From an uncultured Lachnoanaerobaculum sp. (GTDB lineage Bacteria; Bacillota; Clostridia; Lachnospirales; Lachnospiraceae): a stretch of DNA of 64,000 nucleotides. The stretch lies in the NCBI GenBank assembly GCA_946999385.1, contig CAMQCZ010000001.1:26164-90163 (forward strand), read 5' to 3'. Every line of letters begins with the position of its first letter. The first letter of the stretch is position 1. The position numbers were made by a program, and so were the translations under genes. Below, one piece after another: positions 18,846-28,918 of the stretch. The notes beneath the pieces were generated by a model. The model made no database searches. It worked only from the letters and a program-made list of their open reading frames with translations, and was not told the origin of the DNA.

Positions 18846-18941
18846 TTGGCGAGGACGTGTGGGAATCGAACCCACCTAGGACGTGCAACGCCCAACACAG
18901 GTTTTGAAGACCAGGAGGCACACCAGTTACCTATCCATCCC
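18846..18941 (-). tRNA. selC: tRNA-Sec (selC), anticodon UCA
   Basis: 96 nt: GGGGATGG...CTTCAAA (anticodon TCA)...long variable-arm hairpin GGGCGT-TGC-ACGTCC...T-arm GTGGG-TTCGATT-CCCAC...CGCCA. The extended acceptor and long variable arm fit tRNA-Sec. Two stem mismatches by eye lower the confidence. Confidence 0.7.
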
Positions 18942-19054
18942 CATAATACTGAAATAATTTATCATATCCGAGATAAAAAGTCAATCAATTTAACTTTTTA
19001 TCCCGGAATATTTAGATAAAAGTTGTAATATATTTTATTTTATAAATATCATAT

Positions 19055-20383
19055 TTAGAAAATTGTTTGATCTTCTATATCTGTTGATAAAGCAACTAAA
19101 GCTTTCTCAACTATCTTACGACGTAGAGCTTTTTCTTCATCCTTATCTAAAGCAGGATTACCAAGTGGATGAGGGATAGCAATTGCCGGAACTATTCTAT
19201 TCGCACCAACTGTCATAGATATAGGGGTAACTGTACAAATATGAACTACAGGAATTCCTGCTCTTTCAATTTCTTTAACCATTGTTGCACCGCAACGTGT
19301 ACAGGTACCTCAAGTACTTGTAAGTATAACTGCATCAACTCCATCTGCTACAAGCTTTTTAGAAAATTCGTCAGCAAAAGCTTTTGCTGATGCAACTGCT
19401 GTACCATTTCCGGTTGTTGTATAGAATAAGTGATGTAATGAACCTATTTTTCCTTCTTTTTCCAAATCTCTTAAAACATCAACAGGCAAAACTCTATCTG
19501 CATCTTCATTAGCATATACAGGATCATAACCACCATGTGCTGTTTCATATGTATCTGATGTTAAATCATTAACACCTGTAATATCATATTCGCCATAACG
19601 TGTAGCATTAGATGATTCAATATGATCAGGATTTCCCTTTGGACAAATACCGCCTGATGTAACTAAAGCGATTTTAGCCTTGGTTATATCCTTAACTGCC
19701 TTATTTGGAGCTACTCTATCAAAGTTAGGCATTGGATATTCTGTAACAAATTCCTTACCTGCTAATTTCTTAAGAAGCATATCTACAGCACGCTTAGCAC
19801 CTGTTTCTTTTTCAAAGAAATTAACACGAACACCATTTGGAATATATCCTTCTTCACATGAAGCTCCAATAGGTTCATTTTTAGCTAATTTTAATGCTAA
19901 TTTAGCCATTGGAGGTATAGCCTTACCCATACCGGCAGCACTATTCTTTGTTGCTATAATATAAACCTTATCCTTTAAATCAGCACCCGGATTTTCAGTA
20001 TACATACCTGTAACTGCCACAATTCCAAGCTCTTCTTTTACAGCTGTTGCTATTGTAGCACAAGCGAAACCATAACGACCGGCATTAAATGCAGGACCGG
20101 CTATAAAGATATCAGCCTTTTGTGCCTTAACTAAATCCAAAATCTCAGCTTTTGCCTTATCTATATTTTCACCAAAATATGAATCACCACAAACAATTGT
20201 TGCAACTATTTCGGCTTCTTCTCCAAGCTCTTTTGCAAGTCCAAGACCGGGACCTACAACTTGACCTTCTCTTAATTCTACCGGATAATCTGCCTTTTCT
20301 TCTCCACCTATTTGAGCGAAGAATTGATTAATATAATGAACTACTCTTAATTTTGACATTTCTTCACCTCTCCTATCTTGCAC
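19055..20383 (-). CDS. grdB: Glycine reductase complex selenoprotein B (substrate-specific subunit), with an in-frame UGA (selenocysteine) at 19310..19312
   Basis: The 357-aa and 75-aa ORFs are contiguous across the TGA: ...AVILTST-U-GTCTRCGATMVKEIERAGIPVVH.... The motif around U is the conserved GrdB/GrdF/GrdH selenocysteine motif. Confidence 0.85.
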
Positions 20384-21653
20384 TCAATTTTCCGAAACCT
20401 GTTTCATTTGTAGCACCGGTAATAACCTGAAGCTCTACCTCTAATGAACCATCTTCCTTCAATGTTGTATCACTTGCACCGGCTATCTTTGTAATATAAT
20501 CCAAAGTACCTATAACTTTATCCAACTTTGGTAAATGAATTAATTGGTTTGCATTACCACCTGTAACAACAGCATTTGCAGCAACATCAGCATCAGCCAA
20601 TGATTGAGATTTACCATCTCTACCTGCATATTCATCTGTTATAATTACAGTTTTAATACCTTCAGCCTCAATTTTCTTACAATTCATGATAAGATCGGTA
20701 TCAGGGTTACCAAATCCTTCTTGAGATACTATAGCACCGTCAAGATCTAACATTCTACATAATTTTGCAGTCATATTTGAAGATCTTTCTTTATCTGCAA
20801 GATATACATTCTCATTTGTTATAATCTGACCAACGAAGTTAATAGTCTTACCATGCTGTGCATATAATTCATGAATAACCTGATTGTTTTGGTGAACATA
20901 TGTAGGATTCTTATCACAAGCTGATACACAGTTTCCTGATACTATAGCACCATCCATAACCTCTGTTGGATATAGGATTGTAGGAATTATTTGTTTAGCA
21001 TCTACACCATAAACATATGTATCATGTAACAAGCCTTGACTCTGTAACATCTGTACATAAGCTACTCTTGGAAGGTTTGGATATTTTTCCATACTCTCTT
21101 TTAGAGGTAATGTTTCAAATACTTCTACTTCATCAGGAGTAAGTTCTCTAGCTAATTCTCCTATATAGGTAGCTACTCTAAATCCTGCAAATCTAACAGC
21201 CTTTTCATAATCATGCTGCTTAATATTCTCTATAGGCTCACAAACCATAACCAAATTAAGTGTCTTTGAGAATGGTGTATATTCTGCACCAAGTCCTGTC
21301 ATATCTATAACACCCTCTTGGAAACCTACTATCTTACCGGCTGTTACAACTGCCATACCCTTTAAAGCATATGTCTTTCCTGATCCTACATTATCAACCT
21401 TTGAAATTACTCCAGGGAATACTCCACCATTTCCCTCTACTTTTACTCTTGGTTCTATAACATCTTTTACAGGTGTAATTCTAACTGATTCACCCGGTTT
21501 TGCAATATCGAAGCTAACGGCTTTTAATTTTTCATCTTCTAATACAACTTTACTTAAAGCTTCTTTAGAAACATATAAAATGCCATTATCGACCTTTGAC
21601 TCTTGTGCAAACTGAATATCTTTTATAAAAATCTTTCCTAATTCTAGTTTCAC
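20373..21653 (-). CDS. grdE: Glycine reductase complex proprotein GrdE (self-cleaving precursor of the pyruvoyl subunit)
   Basis: 426 aa. N-terminal 'MKLELGKIFIKDIQFAQESKVDNGILYV' matches the GrdE N-terminal consensus. It overlaps grdB by 11 nt. Confidence 0.85.
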   Translation of the reverse strand: MKLELGKIFIKDIQFAQESKVDNGILYVSKEALSKVVLEDEKLKAVSFDIAKPGESVRITPVKDVIEPRVKVEGNGGVFPGVISKVDNVGSGKTYALKGMAVVTAGKIVGFQEGVIDMTGLGAEYTPFSKTLNLVMVCEPIENIKQHDYEKAVRFAGFRVATYIGELARELTPDEVEVFETLPLKESMEKYPNLPRVAYVQMLQSQGLLHDTYVYGVDAKQIIPTILYPTEVMDGAIVSGNCVSACDKNPTYVHQNNQVIHELYAQHGKTINFVGQIITNENVYLADKERSSNMTAKLCRMLDLDGAIVSQEGFGNPDTDLIMNCKKIEAEGIKTVIITDEYAGRDGKSQSLADADVAANAVVTGGNANQLIHLPKLDKVIGTLDYITKIAGASDTTLKEDGSLEVELQVITGATNETGFGKLSAR

Positions 21654-21727
21654 TTTTGTCTACCCCCTTATTTTTATTCTTTATTACTAAAAGTATATAT
21701 ATACTTCTAAATAATCTTATTAATACT

Positions 21728-22114
21728 CTATAATCTATTTGCAGATAAAAGAGCACTTTCAAGTAGAGTCATATCTACTATTTGGAAATCACTTAAAATA
21801 TCATCTCTCAAGCCTTCAGTTCTATCGTTAAACTTTTTATAAGTTTCCAAAGCTTGTTCTATCAATTTTATACTTTGTATATCAAGTTTATTTTTTTTTG
21901 AAGATATAAGAATTGATTTATATGGAGTTTCTCCAGGCTTTACACTTCCTGAAAGAGGATGCGATAAAAGAGTATATCCTTCATATATATAATCTCTAAC
22001 CTTCATCAAAATCTCCCTGTAAGTAACTTCAAAATAGCAGATATTTTCTTTATCATTCAACTCTTTTTTTACTAATGGATTGTTAGTAACTACAATAAAA
22101 TGTTTATTTAACAT
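21728..22114 (-). CDS. grdX: Small grd-operon-associated protein (GrdX-like)
   Basis: 128-aa ORF immediately upstream of grdE. This is the position where a roughly 13-kDa GrdX is encoded in characterised grd operons. Similarity cannot be checked by eye. Confidence 0.5.
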   Translation of the reverse strand: MLNKHFIVVTNNPLVKKELNDKENICYFEVTYREILMKVRDYIYEGYTLLSHPLSGSVKPGETPYKSILISSKKNKLDIQSIKLIEQALETYKKFNDRTEGLRDDILSDFQIVDMTLLESALLSANRL

Positions 22115-22130
22115 GACTCTCCAATCAATC

Positions 22131-22335
22131 TATATATAAAAAAGGACGAAAAAACAAGTGAATACCAAGTACAACTCGAATTTTTCGTCCTTCTGTTTAA
22201 TCAAAGATATTATCTTTAAACTATCCAGAAATAGGTCCTTCCTTAAATCCTTTTACCTGAAAGATTCATCTTATCAAATCAATGTAAGATTTGCCTCTTC
22301 GGTGGTATAAAACTCTCTCTTTAAGAATATCAACC
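22131..22335 (-). promoter_or_regulatory. Glycine riboswitch (at least one aptamer) with an intrinsic terminator expression platform, in the leader of grdX-grdE
   Basis: The minus strand reads AAGAGAGAGTTTTATACCACCGAAGAGGCAA...CTTTCAGGTAAAAGGA, matching the glycine aptamer consensus GGAGAG...ACCGAAGGGGCAA...CUUUCAGG.AAAAGGAC. It is followed by a second degenerate CTGGATAG...ACAGAAGGACG segment. The terminator hairpin AAGGACGAAAAA...TTTTTCGTCCTT plus T-run is at 22131..22191. Confidence 0.6.
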
Positions 22336-22353
22336 CTTTATAGATATTATAAA

Positions 22354-23724
22354 CTATTTTTTGTATTTTGTAAAATAATCATCATGAACTTGTTTTACTA
22401 TCTTGCTAAGAGCAAATAAAGCAATAATATTTGGTATAACCATAAGTGAATTAAACATATCTGCCATATTCCAAACAAGACCAACTTCTCCTAATGAACC
22501 TAAAAATACACAAATTCCAACTATTACACTATATACAGGAATAGCCTTTGGTCCGAATAAATAATTGATATTAGCTCTACCAAAGAAATACCATCCTACT
22601 ATAGTTGAAAAAGCAAAGAATAACATACATATTGCTATGAAAATCTTTCCAAAGCTTCCATATACTGAAGTAAATGCAAATTGGCTAAGTGCGGCACCTG
22701 TAAGCTTATTATCTACCATAGTTTGTCTGCTTGTAGTAGATAAAATAACAAATGCTGTCAAATTTAAAACTACAAATGTATCAATAAATACACCTGCCAT
22801 TGCTACAAAGCCTTGTTGTGCAGGATGATCAACCTTTGCACAAGCATGAGCATGAGGTGTAGAACCCATACCTGCTTCATTTGAGAAAAGTCCTCTAGCT
22901 ACACCCTTTGTAATTGCAAGCTTAATTGTTGCACCCAAGGCACCACCTGCCATTGCATTAGGATTAAAGGCACCCATAAATATATTTGCAAACATAGTAG
23001 GTACGTGAGTTATCTTCGTTACTACTATTACCAATGATCCTAAAATATAAAGAACTGCCATCAAAGGAACTATAAGCTCTGTAACTTGTACTATACGTTT
23101 TGTTCCACCTATAAAAACAAATAGAGCAATTATAGCAATTATTATACCCATGATATATGTAGGAACACTAAATGCTTCTTTAAAAGCTACAGCAATAGAA
23201 TTAGACTGAACTGCATTTCCTACAAATCCTAGAGCAATAATTATAAATATGGAAAATGCCGCTGCTAAAACCTTTCCGAGAGTACCTGAAAAAGCTGCAC
23301 GAATGTAATAAACAGGACCACCGGTTACTTCTCCATCCTTACCGACAACTTTATATTTTTGAGCCATAATAGCCTCTGCAAATATAGTTGCCATACCTAA
23401 GCAAGCAGCTACCCACATCCAAAATATAGCACCCGGACCACCTATAAATATAGCCGTTGCCGCACCTGCTATATTACCTGTACCTACTTGAGCTGCAACT
23501 GCTGTTGCAAGTGCCTGAAATGAAGACATACCATCCTTGCCTGCTACACCTTTTTTAGAAAAAAGTCCACCGAATGTCATCTTCAAGCCAGTTCCTAAGC
23601 CTCTAAACTGTATACCCTTTAGCAAACAAGTAAACCAAACACCACCACCTACCAGTAATACAACCAGTATGTAATCTGATAAATAACCATTAATCGTTTT
23701 CACAATCGTATCTATAATAGTCAT
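22354..23724 (-). CDS. Sodium:alanine/glycine symporter (AGCS family amino acid carrier)
   Basis: 456 aa with multiple TM segments. The N-terminal 'GGGVWFT...QFRG' and 'ALATAVAAQVGTGNIAG' segments are characteristic of AgcS carriers. Confidence 0.8.
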   Translation of the reverse strand: MTIIDTIVKTINGYLSDYILVVLLVGGGVWFTCLLKGIQFRGLGTGLKMTFGGLFSKKGVAGKDGMSSFQALATAVAAQVGTGNIAGAATAIFIGGPGAIFWMWVAACLGMATIFAEAIMAQKYKVVGKDGEVTGGPVYYIRAAFSGTLGKVLAAAFSIFIIIALGFVGNAVQSNSIAVAFKEAFSVPTYIMGIIIAIIALFVFIGGTKRIVQVTELIVPLMAVLYILGSLVIVVTKITHVPTMFANIFMGAFNPNAMAGGALGATIKLAITKGVARGLFSNEAGMGSTPHAHACAKVDHPAQQGFVAMAGVFIDTFVVLNLTAFVILSTTSRQTMVDNKLTGAALSQFAFTSVYGSFGKIFIAICMLFFAFSTIVGWYFFGRANINYLFGPKAIPVYSVIVGICVFLGSLGEVGLVWNMADMFNSLMVIPNIIALFALSKIVKQVHDDYFTKYKK

Positions 23725-23910
23725 TATCCTACCCCCTTTTAATTTTGTTTATATAAAGTAAACTTTTTTATGAATACCTTAAAACCAAGCAAAATATCAA
23801 TAAAAACTCGTTTGATTAAAATAAATTTGTTGAATTTCACAAAATAATGTTTGAATATATATTCTTTTATGTATCGACTATATATTGTTTATACTTTGTC
23901 AATCACTAAT

Positions 23911-23939
23911 AATATATCATTATGCTATTTAATTGTCAA
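23911..23939 (-). promoter_or_regulatory. Putative sigma-A promoter for the AGCS symporter gene
   Basis: Minus strand TTGACA-N17-TATATT (TTGACAATTAAATAGCATAATGATATATT), about 185 nt upstream of the start codon. Confidence 0.35.
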
Positions 23940-24132
23940 TATATAGATTTTTTCTATGATTTGAGCTTAAACAAGTGTTTAAAAGGCTATTATACATTTT
24001 TCACAAAGATATTATGATATTTTTATCAATTATCACCAATGCAATTATTTGTATTTTTGATTCAAAATCGTATTAATCTTTTGGATATGATAGAATATAA
24101 TAATATCTATTAAGGTAATTAAAAAAATATAT

Positions 24133-24161
24133 AAAAAAAAGTGGTTTAAAACCACTTTTTT
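24133..24161 (-). terminator. Rho-independent terminator downstream of rpsU
   Basis: AAAAAAAAGTGG-TTTAAA-ACCACTTTTTT. Confidence 0.6.
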
Positions 24162-24199
24162 ATTTGATTCTTAGATTTACTATGAGTCAAAAATCTGCA

Positions 24200-24376
24200 T
24201 TAATTGAATTTACGCTTTCTTGCAGCCTCAGACTTCTTTTTACGTCTTACACTTGGCTTCTCATAATGCTCTCTTTTGCGAATCTCTTGCTGAATGCCGG
24301 CTTTAGCACAATTTCTCTTAAATCTTCTAAGTGCGCTATCAAGACTCTCATTCTCTTTCACAATCACGTTTGACAT
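24200..24376 (-). CDS. rpsU: 30S ribosomal protein S21
   Basis: The 58-aa product [28 protein letters not shown]...RKRKFN is the canonical S21 sequence. The start is set at the internal ATG preceded by the GGAGGGAGG RBS, and the longer ORF in the track is an upstream in-frame extension. Confidence 0.85.
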   Translation of the reverse strand: MSNVIVKENESLDSALRRFKRNCAKAGIQQEIRKREHYEKPSVRRKKKSEAARKRKFN

Positions 24377-24536
24377 CGAAACACTAACCTCCCTCCGGTT
24401 GTGAAATAAATACTCAATAAGTATATACATAATATTAAATATAGTCAACATATTTTAAAAAATTAGTCAATAAATTTTTGAATTACTTATAAATATATAC
24501 TCCACAGCTTATTTTTATATTTAAAAATTAATTCAT

Positions 24537-25334
24537 CTAAATATATATCATATTTGATGCTTTATCTTTACTTGCAACTTCTATTTCAAAATCACTTGCT
24601 TTATATTTAATTTCAGATTTATTAATTTCATATTTCACACTTTCAAGTGCTATATCAGGATAATTATTTTCATTTGAAAGATGACCTAAAAATATATGTT
24701 TAAGCTTATCATTTAAAATATTACAAAGCAACTTACCGCTATTTTCATTTGAAAGATGACCATAATCTCCTAATATTCTTCTTTTTAGCATATATGGATA
24801 AGCTCCACTTTCCAACATTCTCACATCATGATTTGCTTCTATTAAAATGGCATATAAATTTTGCAAATTTTTAATTGTATAATCATCAAATGAACCTATA
24901 TCTGTAGCTACAGCTACGCTTTTACTCATATGTGATACCCTAAAAGCCAGTGTTTCATTAGCATCATGATTAATAGCAAAGGGATCTATTCTTATATCAT
25001 TAATATCAAATTCTTTATCGGCTTTTATAATATTAATCAGCTCATAGTCAAAATCTCCTATACCTTGGCAATCCTTAACACCTTCAAAGCTGCCATTGCT
25101 CATATATATAGGAATATTATATTTTCTTGATATAACCCCCAATGATCTTATATGATCTATATGCTCATGTGTAATTAAAATAGCATTTATATCTTTAATA
25201 TCAATATCCATACTATTTAAAGTATTAATTATTCTTTTACTGCTAATCCCAACATCAATCAAAATATGTGTATTATCATTACCAACATATGTAGAATTAC
25301 CACTACTTCCACTAGCTATGCTAAACATTTGCAT
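24537..25334 (-). CDS. MBL-fold metallo-hydrolase
   Basis: 265 aa with 'ILITHEHIDHIRSLG' (HxHxDH). Confidence 0.7.
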   Translation of the reverse strand: MQMFSIASGSSGNSTYVGNDNTHILIDVGISSKRIINTLNSMDIDIKDINAILITHEHIDHIRSLGVISRKYNIPIYMSNGSFEGVKDCQGIGDFDYELINIIKADKEFDINDIRIDPFAINHDANETLAFRVSHMSKSVAVATDIGSFDDYTIKNLQNLYAILIEANHDVRMLESGAYPYMLKRRILGDYGHLSNENSGKLLCNILNDKLKHIFLGHLSNENNYPDIALESVKYEINKSEIKYKASDFEIEVASKDKASNMIYI

Positions 25335-25932
25335 TTTTTATTTTCTCCAATAATAAAAATATTTCTTTTTCAAGCTCCTCTTTAGAAAAATTATTATAAA
25401 TTATAAAATCACAATATTTCTTATATTCATCTTTATCAGCTTGAGCTTTTATAATATTTTTTATCTTTTCATCACTATATCCTCTGCTTTTTTTCAATCT
25501 ATCAAAACGTAAATTATCATCTGTATCCACGAATACCTTATAGTCATATATATCTGAATTTGGAATAATAGCAGCTTCTATTGCCAAATTTATTTTATTC
25601 ATTTTTGCTGAATTTATTTTTTCTTCAATGATATTCCAAACTAAAGGATGTATTAGATTATTTATATATTTTCTATATTCTTTATTTATAAAAATCTTTT
25701 CTGCCAATTTTTTTTTGTTTAAATTTGAATTTTCATCTAATATATCACTACCAAATTTATTTACTAATTTTTCTAAAACCTCAGCTTTATTTAAATAAAT
25801 ATCATGTGCAAGCTTATCAGCTTCAATTACTGCAAAATTATATTTCTTTAATATTTCTAAAACTAAAGATTTTCCGGATCCTACACCTGCAAAAATACCA
25901 AGAATCATGCTTACTCCTTTGCCTTTAACCAT
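25321..25932 (-). CDS. coaE: Dephospho-CoA kinase
   Basis: P-loop 'GIFAGVGSGKS'. Length about 200 aa. The true start is probably the internal MILGI. Confidence 0.7.
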   Translation of the reverse strand: MVKGKGVSMILGIFAGVGSGKSLVLEILKKYNFAVIEADKLAHDIYLNKAEVLEKLVNKFGSDILDENSNLNKKKLAEKIFINKEYRKYINNLIHPLVWNIIEEKINSAKMNKINLAIEAAIIPNSDIYDYKVFVDTDDNLRFDRLKKSRGYSDEKIKNIIKAQADKDEYKKYCDFIIYNNFSKEELEKEIFLLLEKIKNANV

Positions 25933-28577
25933 GTTTTACCTACTTTAGCTTCAACCTCCAGTGGAGCTTTTAAAGCAACAACATTTTTCATACATTTTTC
26001 AACTATATTTTTCACCTCTTCAGCATGTTCATCTAAAGCTTCTACCAATAATTCATCATGTACTTGTAAAACAATTTTTGCATCATATCCCGATTTTTCT
26101 AATTCTTCATCTAAGCTTATCATTGCAAGCTTTATAATATCAGCTGCTGTTCCTTGTATAGGAGAGTTCATTGCAATTCTATCTCCAAAAGCTCTTTGCA
26201 TAAAATTTGAACTTTTAATTTCAGGTATAGGTCTAATTCTACCATATAATGTTTTTACATATCCCTTATCTTTAGCTATTTTTACCTGATTATCTAAAAA
26301 AGCTTTGATCGAAGGATAGGTTTTAAAATAATTATTTATATATTCCTTAGCCTCATTTCTTGATATACTAAGATCTTCAGATAAACCAAAGGCTGAAATA
26401 CCATAAACAACTCCAAAATTTACTGCCTTTGCATTTCTTCTTAATTCAGGCGTAACAGAAGCTAATTCTACTCCAAAAACATTTGAAGCCGTTATAGAAT
26501 GTATATCCTTACCTTGCTTATAACTTTCTATTAATTTTTCATCATTTGCCATAGAAGCTAAAACTCTAAGCTCTATTTGAGAATAATCAGCATCTACAAA
26601 GCTATATCCATCTTTAGAAATAAAAATATCTCTTATTTTAGAGCCTAACTGTGTTCTAATAGGTATATTTTGCAAATTAGGATCAGTGCTTGATATTCTT
26701 CCTGTTGCTGTAACCTTTTGATTAAAGCTTCCATGTATTCTCCCATCTTTTGCAATATAATTAGAAAGACCGGATGCATAAGTTGAATATAATTTACTTA
26801 ATTGTCTATATTCTAAAATTAATTTTACAATAGAATATTCAGGAGCTAATTTTTCTAATATATCAGCAGATGTGGAATAACCTGTTTTAGTCTTTTTTCC
26901 ACCCTTCAAGCCCATTTTAACAAATAAAATTTCGCCTAATTGCTTTGGAGAGTTTATATTAAATTCAGACCCGCTTTCTTTATAAATTTCACTTTCAAGC
27001 TTAGCAATTCCTAGCTTTAATTCATCAGCGTAAAGCTTTAATCTATTTTCGTCAACCAGTATTCCGCTCATTTCCATCTTGGCAAGCGAATACACAAGTG
27101 GTAATTCTATATTTTTATATAAGTCCATCATTTCAAGCTCATCTAATTTTTTAAATATATTATCCTTTGACAAAAATAAAATCAAACTCTTCTTTGCAAA
27201 ATATTCTCTTGCTTTAATATTATCGTTTTTTAATTCACAAATAATATCCTTTTTATTAAACAATTCTTGTTCCGAAATCATATTTATATCAAGAAAATCT
27301 CTTGCTATATCCTTCGTATCATAGGTATCATTAAGAGGATTTATTAAATATGCCGCAAGACTCAGATCATAAAATTTTTCTTTTTGTTTTATATTCAAGC
27401 TTTTTAATATATTTTTCAAATCCAAAGTATATAAATCTATATCTCTTTTACAAATCTCTGTTAATATTTTCAAATTATCTTTTTCATTACAAGCAAAAAT
27501 ATAGACTTTATTTTTTTCAAAGCATATAGATATTGCTAATATATCAAATATATTATAAAGTGAGGTCTTTGAATATATACATTCTACTGTCGCCATTTCT
27601 TTAAACTTTATATTTTTCAATATAGAAATAGCTTTTATAAAATCGTCAATATATTCATAATTCACTTCAATATTTTCTTTTATATCTTTTATATTAAAAT
27701 ATTTATATAGGCTTTTAAATTCTAATTTACTTATAAATTCAAAACTATTTTGATTATAAATATCATCTATGAGCATATCATCTAAATTTATATCTAAATT
27801 TACATCTGTTTTGATAGTAGCTAAAAATTTTGAAAATACAGCTGATTCATAATCTTCCTTCAATAATAAACCTATCCTTTTAGGTGTGATGCTTTCAAAA
27901 TTTTCATAGGCATTTTCTATACTATGAAATTGACTTATTATTTTTGTTGCACTTTTTTCACCAATTCCCTTTACTCCTTTAATATTATCAGAATTATCCC
28001 CCATAAGAGCCTTCAAATCTATAAACTCTAATGGACTTACACCATATTCCTCCAATATATCCTTAGGATAGTAATCTTTAATAATGGTCTGACCCTTTAC
28101 TGTTTTAGGTATACGTATTTTAATATTTTCATCAGCTAATTGTAATAAATCTCTATCTCCTGAAATAATTGAAACCTTTAAATCATTTTTTGCAAATTTT
28201 TTTGATACTGTACCTAATATATCATCAGCCTCAAAGCCTTCCTTACTTAATATTGATATATTCATGCTTTCTAATACAGATTTCATTAAAGGTATCTGTT
28301 CTCTCAGCTCTGACGGCATTGACCTTCTATTTGCCTTGTATTCACTATATTCTAAATGTCTAAATGTTGGAGCGGATAAATCAAAAGCAACAGCTAAATA
28401 ATCTGCTTTTTCATCCTCCAATATTCTCAACATAATATTTAAAAATCCGAACACAGCATTGGTATGTATCCCTTTAGAATTACTAAGATCAGGAAGACCA
28501 TAAAATGCTCTATTCAATATGGAATGTCCATCAATTAAAACTAATTTTTTCATTTGAAATAACCTCCCTGCCACCAA
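25911..28577 (-). CDS. polA: DNA polymerase I
   Basis: 888 aa with an N-terminal 5'-3' exonuclease ('LVLIDGHSILNRAFY') and a C-terminal family A polymerase motif ('RRNAKAVNFGVVYG', 'VLQVHDEL'). Confidence 0.9.
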   Translation of the reverse strand: MVAGRLFQMKKLVLIDGHSILNRAFYGLPDLSNSKGIHTNAVFGFLNIMLRILEDEKADYLAVAFDLSAPTFRHLEYSEYKANRRSMPSELREQIPLMKSVLESMNISILSKEGFEADDILGTVSKKFAKNDLKVSIISGDRDLLQLADENIKIRIPKTVKGQTIIKDYYPKDILEEYGVSPLEFIDLKALMGDNSDNIKGVKGIGEKSATKIISQFHSIENAYENFESITPKRIGLLLKEDYESAVFSKFLATIKTDVNLDINLDDMLIDDIYNQNSFEFISKLEFKSLYKYFNIKDIKENIEVNYEYIDDFIKAISILKNIKFKEMATVECIYSKTSLYNIFDILAISICFEKNKVYIFACNEKDNLKILTEICKRDIDLYTLDLKNILKSLNIKQKEKFYDLSLAAYLINPLNDTYDTKDIARDFLDINMISEQELFNKKDIICELKNDNIKAREYFAKKSLILFLSKDNIFKKLDELEMMDLYKNIELPLVYSLAKMEMSGILVDENRLKLYADELKLGIAKLESEIYKESGSEFNINSPKQLGEILFVKMGLKGGKKTKTGYSTSADILEKLAPEYSIVKLILEYRQLSKLYSTYASGLSNYIAKDGRIHGSFNQKVTATGRISSTDPNLQNIPIRTQLGSKIRDIFISKDGYSFVDADYSQIELRVLASMANDEKLIESYKQGKDIHSITASNVFGVELASVTPELRRNAKAVNFGVVYGISAFGLSEDLSISRNEAKEYINNYFKTYPSIKAFLDNQVKIAKDKGYVKTLYGRIRPIPEIKSSNFMQRAFGDRIAMNSPIQGTAADIIKLAMISLDEELEKSGYDAKIVLQVHDELLVEALDEHAEEVKNIVEKCMKNVVALKAPLEVEAKVGKTWLKAKE

Positions 28578-28897
28578 ATACGAAATTGTAACAAAATTGT
28601 AACTAAAGTTCCTATTACCAATAAAGAATTCAAGGCATAATAAAATATTTTTAATAATTTTATCTTTTTTATATAATTCTTTGATGATTTAAGTTTTTCA
28701 TTTAAAGCCTTTTCAATATCAAATCCTTTCAAATTAAAATCGGAATTTAATCCATGTTTTATTATATAATAAATTTCCAATTCTTCCATGCAAGTATTAC
28801 AAGCTTCTATATGCTTTATAAAAGCTTCAGCTTCATCGGCATTTAATTCATCATTAATATAAGAGCGTATCATTCCTTGAATTTTTTTACATTCCAT
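28550..28897 (-). CDS. zf-HC2 (anti-sigma-factor-like) membrane protein, orphan
   Basis: 115 aa with a 'HIEACNTC' zinc-finger motif and a C-terminal TM helix. No ECF sigma factor gene is adjacent. It overlaps the polA start by 28 nt. Confidence 0.45.
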   Translation of the reverse strand: MECKKIQGMIRSYINDELNADEAEAFIKHIEACNTCMEELEIYYIIKHGLNSDFNLKGFDIEKALNEKLKSSKNYIKKIKLLKIFYYALNSLLVIGTLVTILLQFRIWWQGGYFK

Positions 28898-28918
28898 ATT
28901 ATCAAGCCTTTCTATAAT

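Noticed and set aside
22195-22245. Second glycine aptamer (tandem riboswitch)
   Set aside because: CTGGATAG...ACAGAAGGACG only loosely matches the aptamer consensus and overlaps the terminator stem. I could not fold it convincingly by eye, so only one aptamer is claimed.
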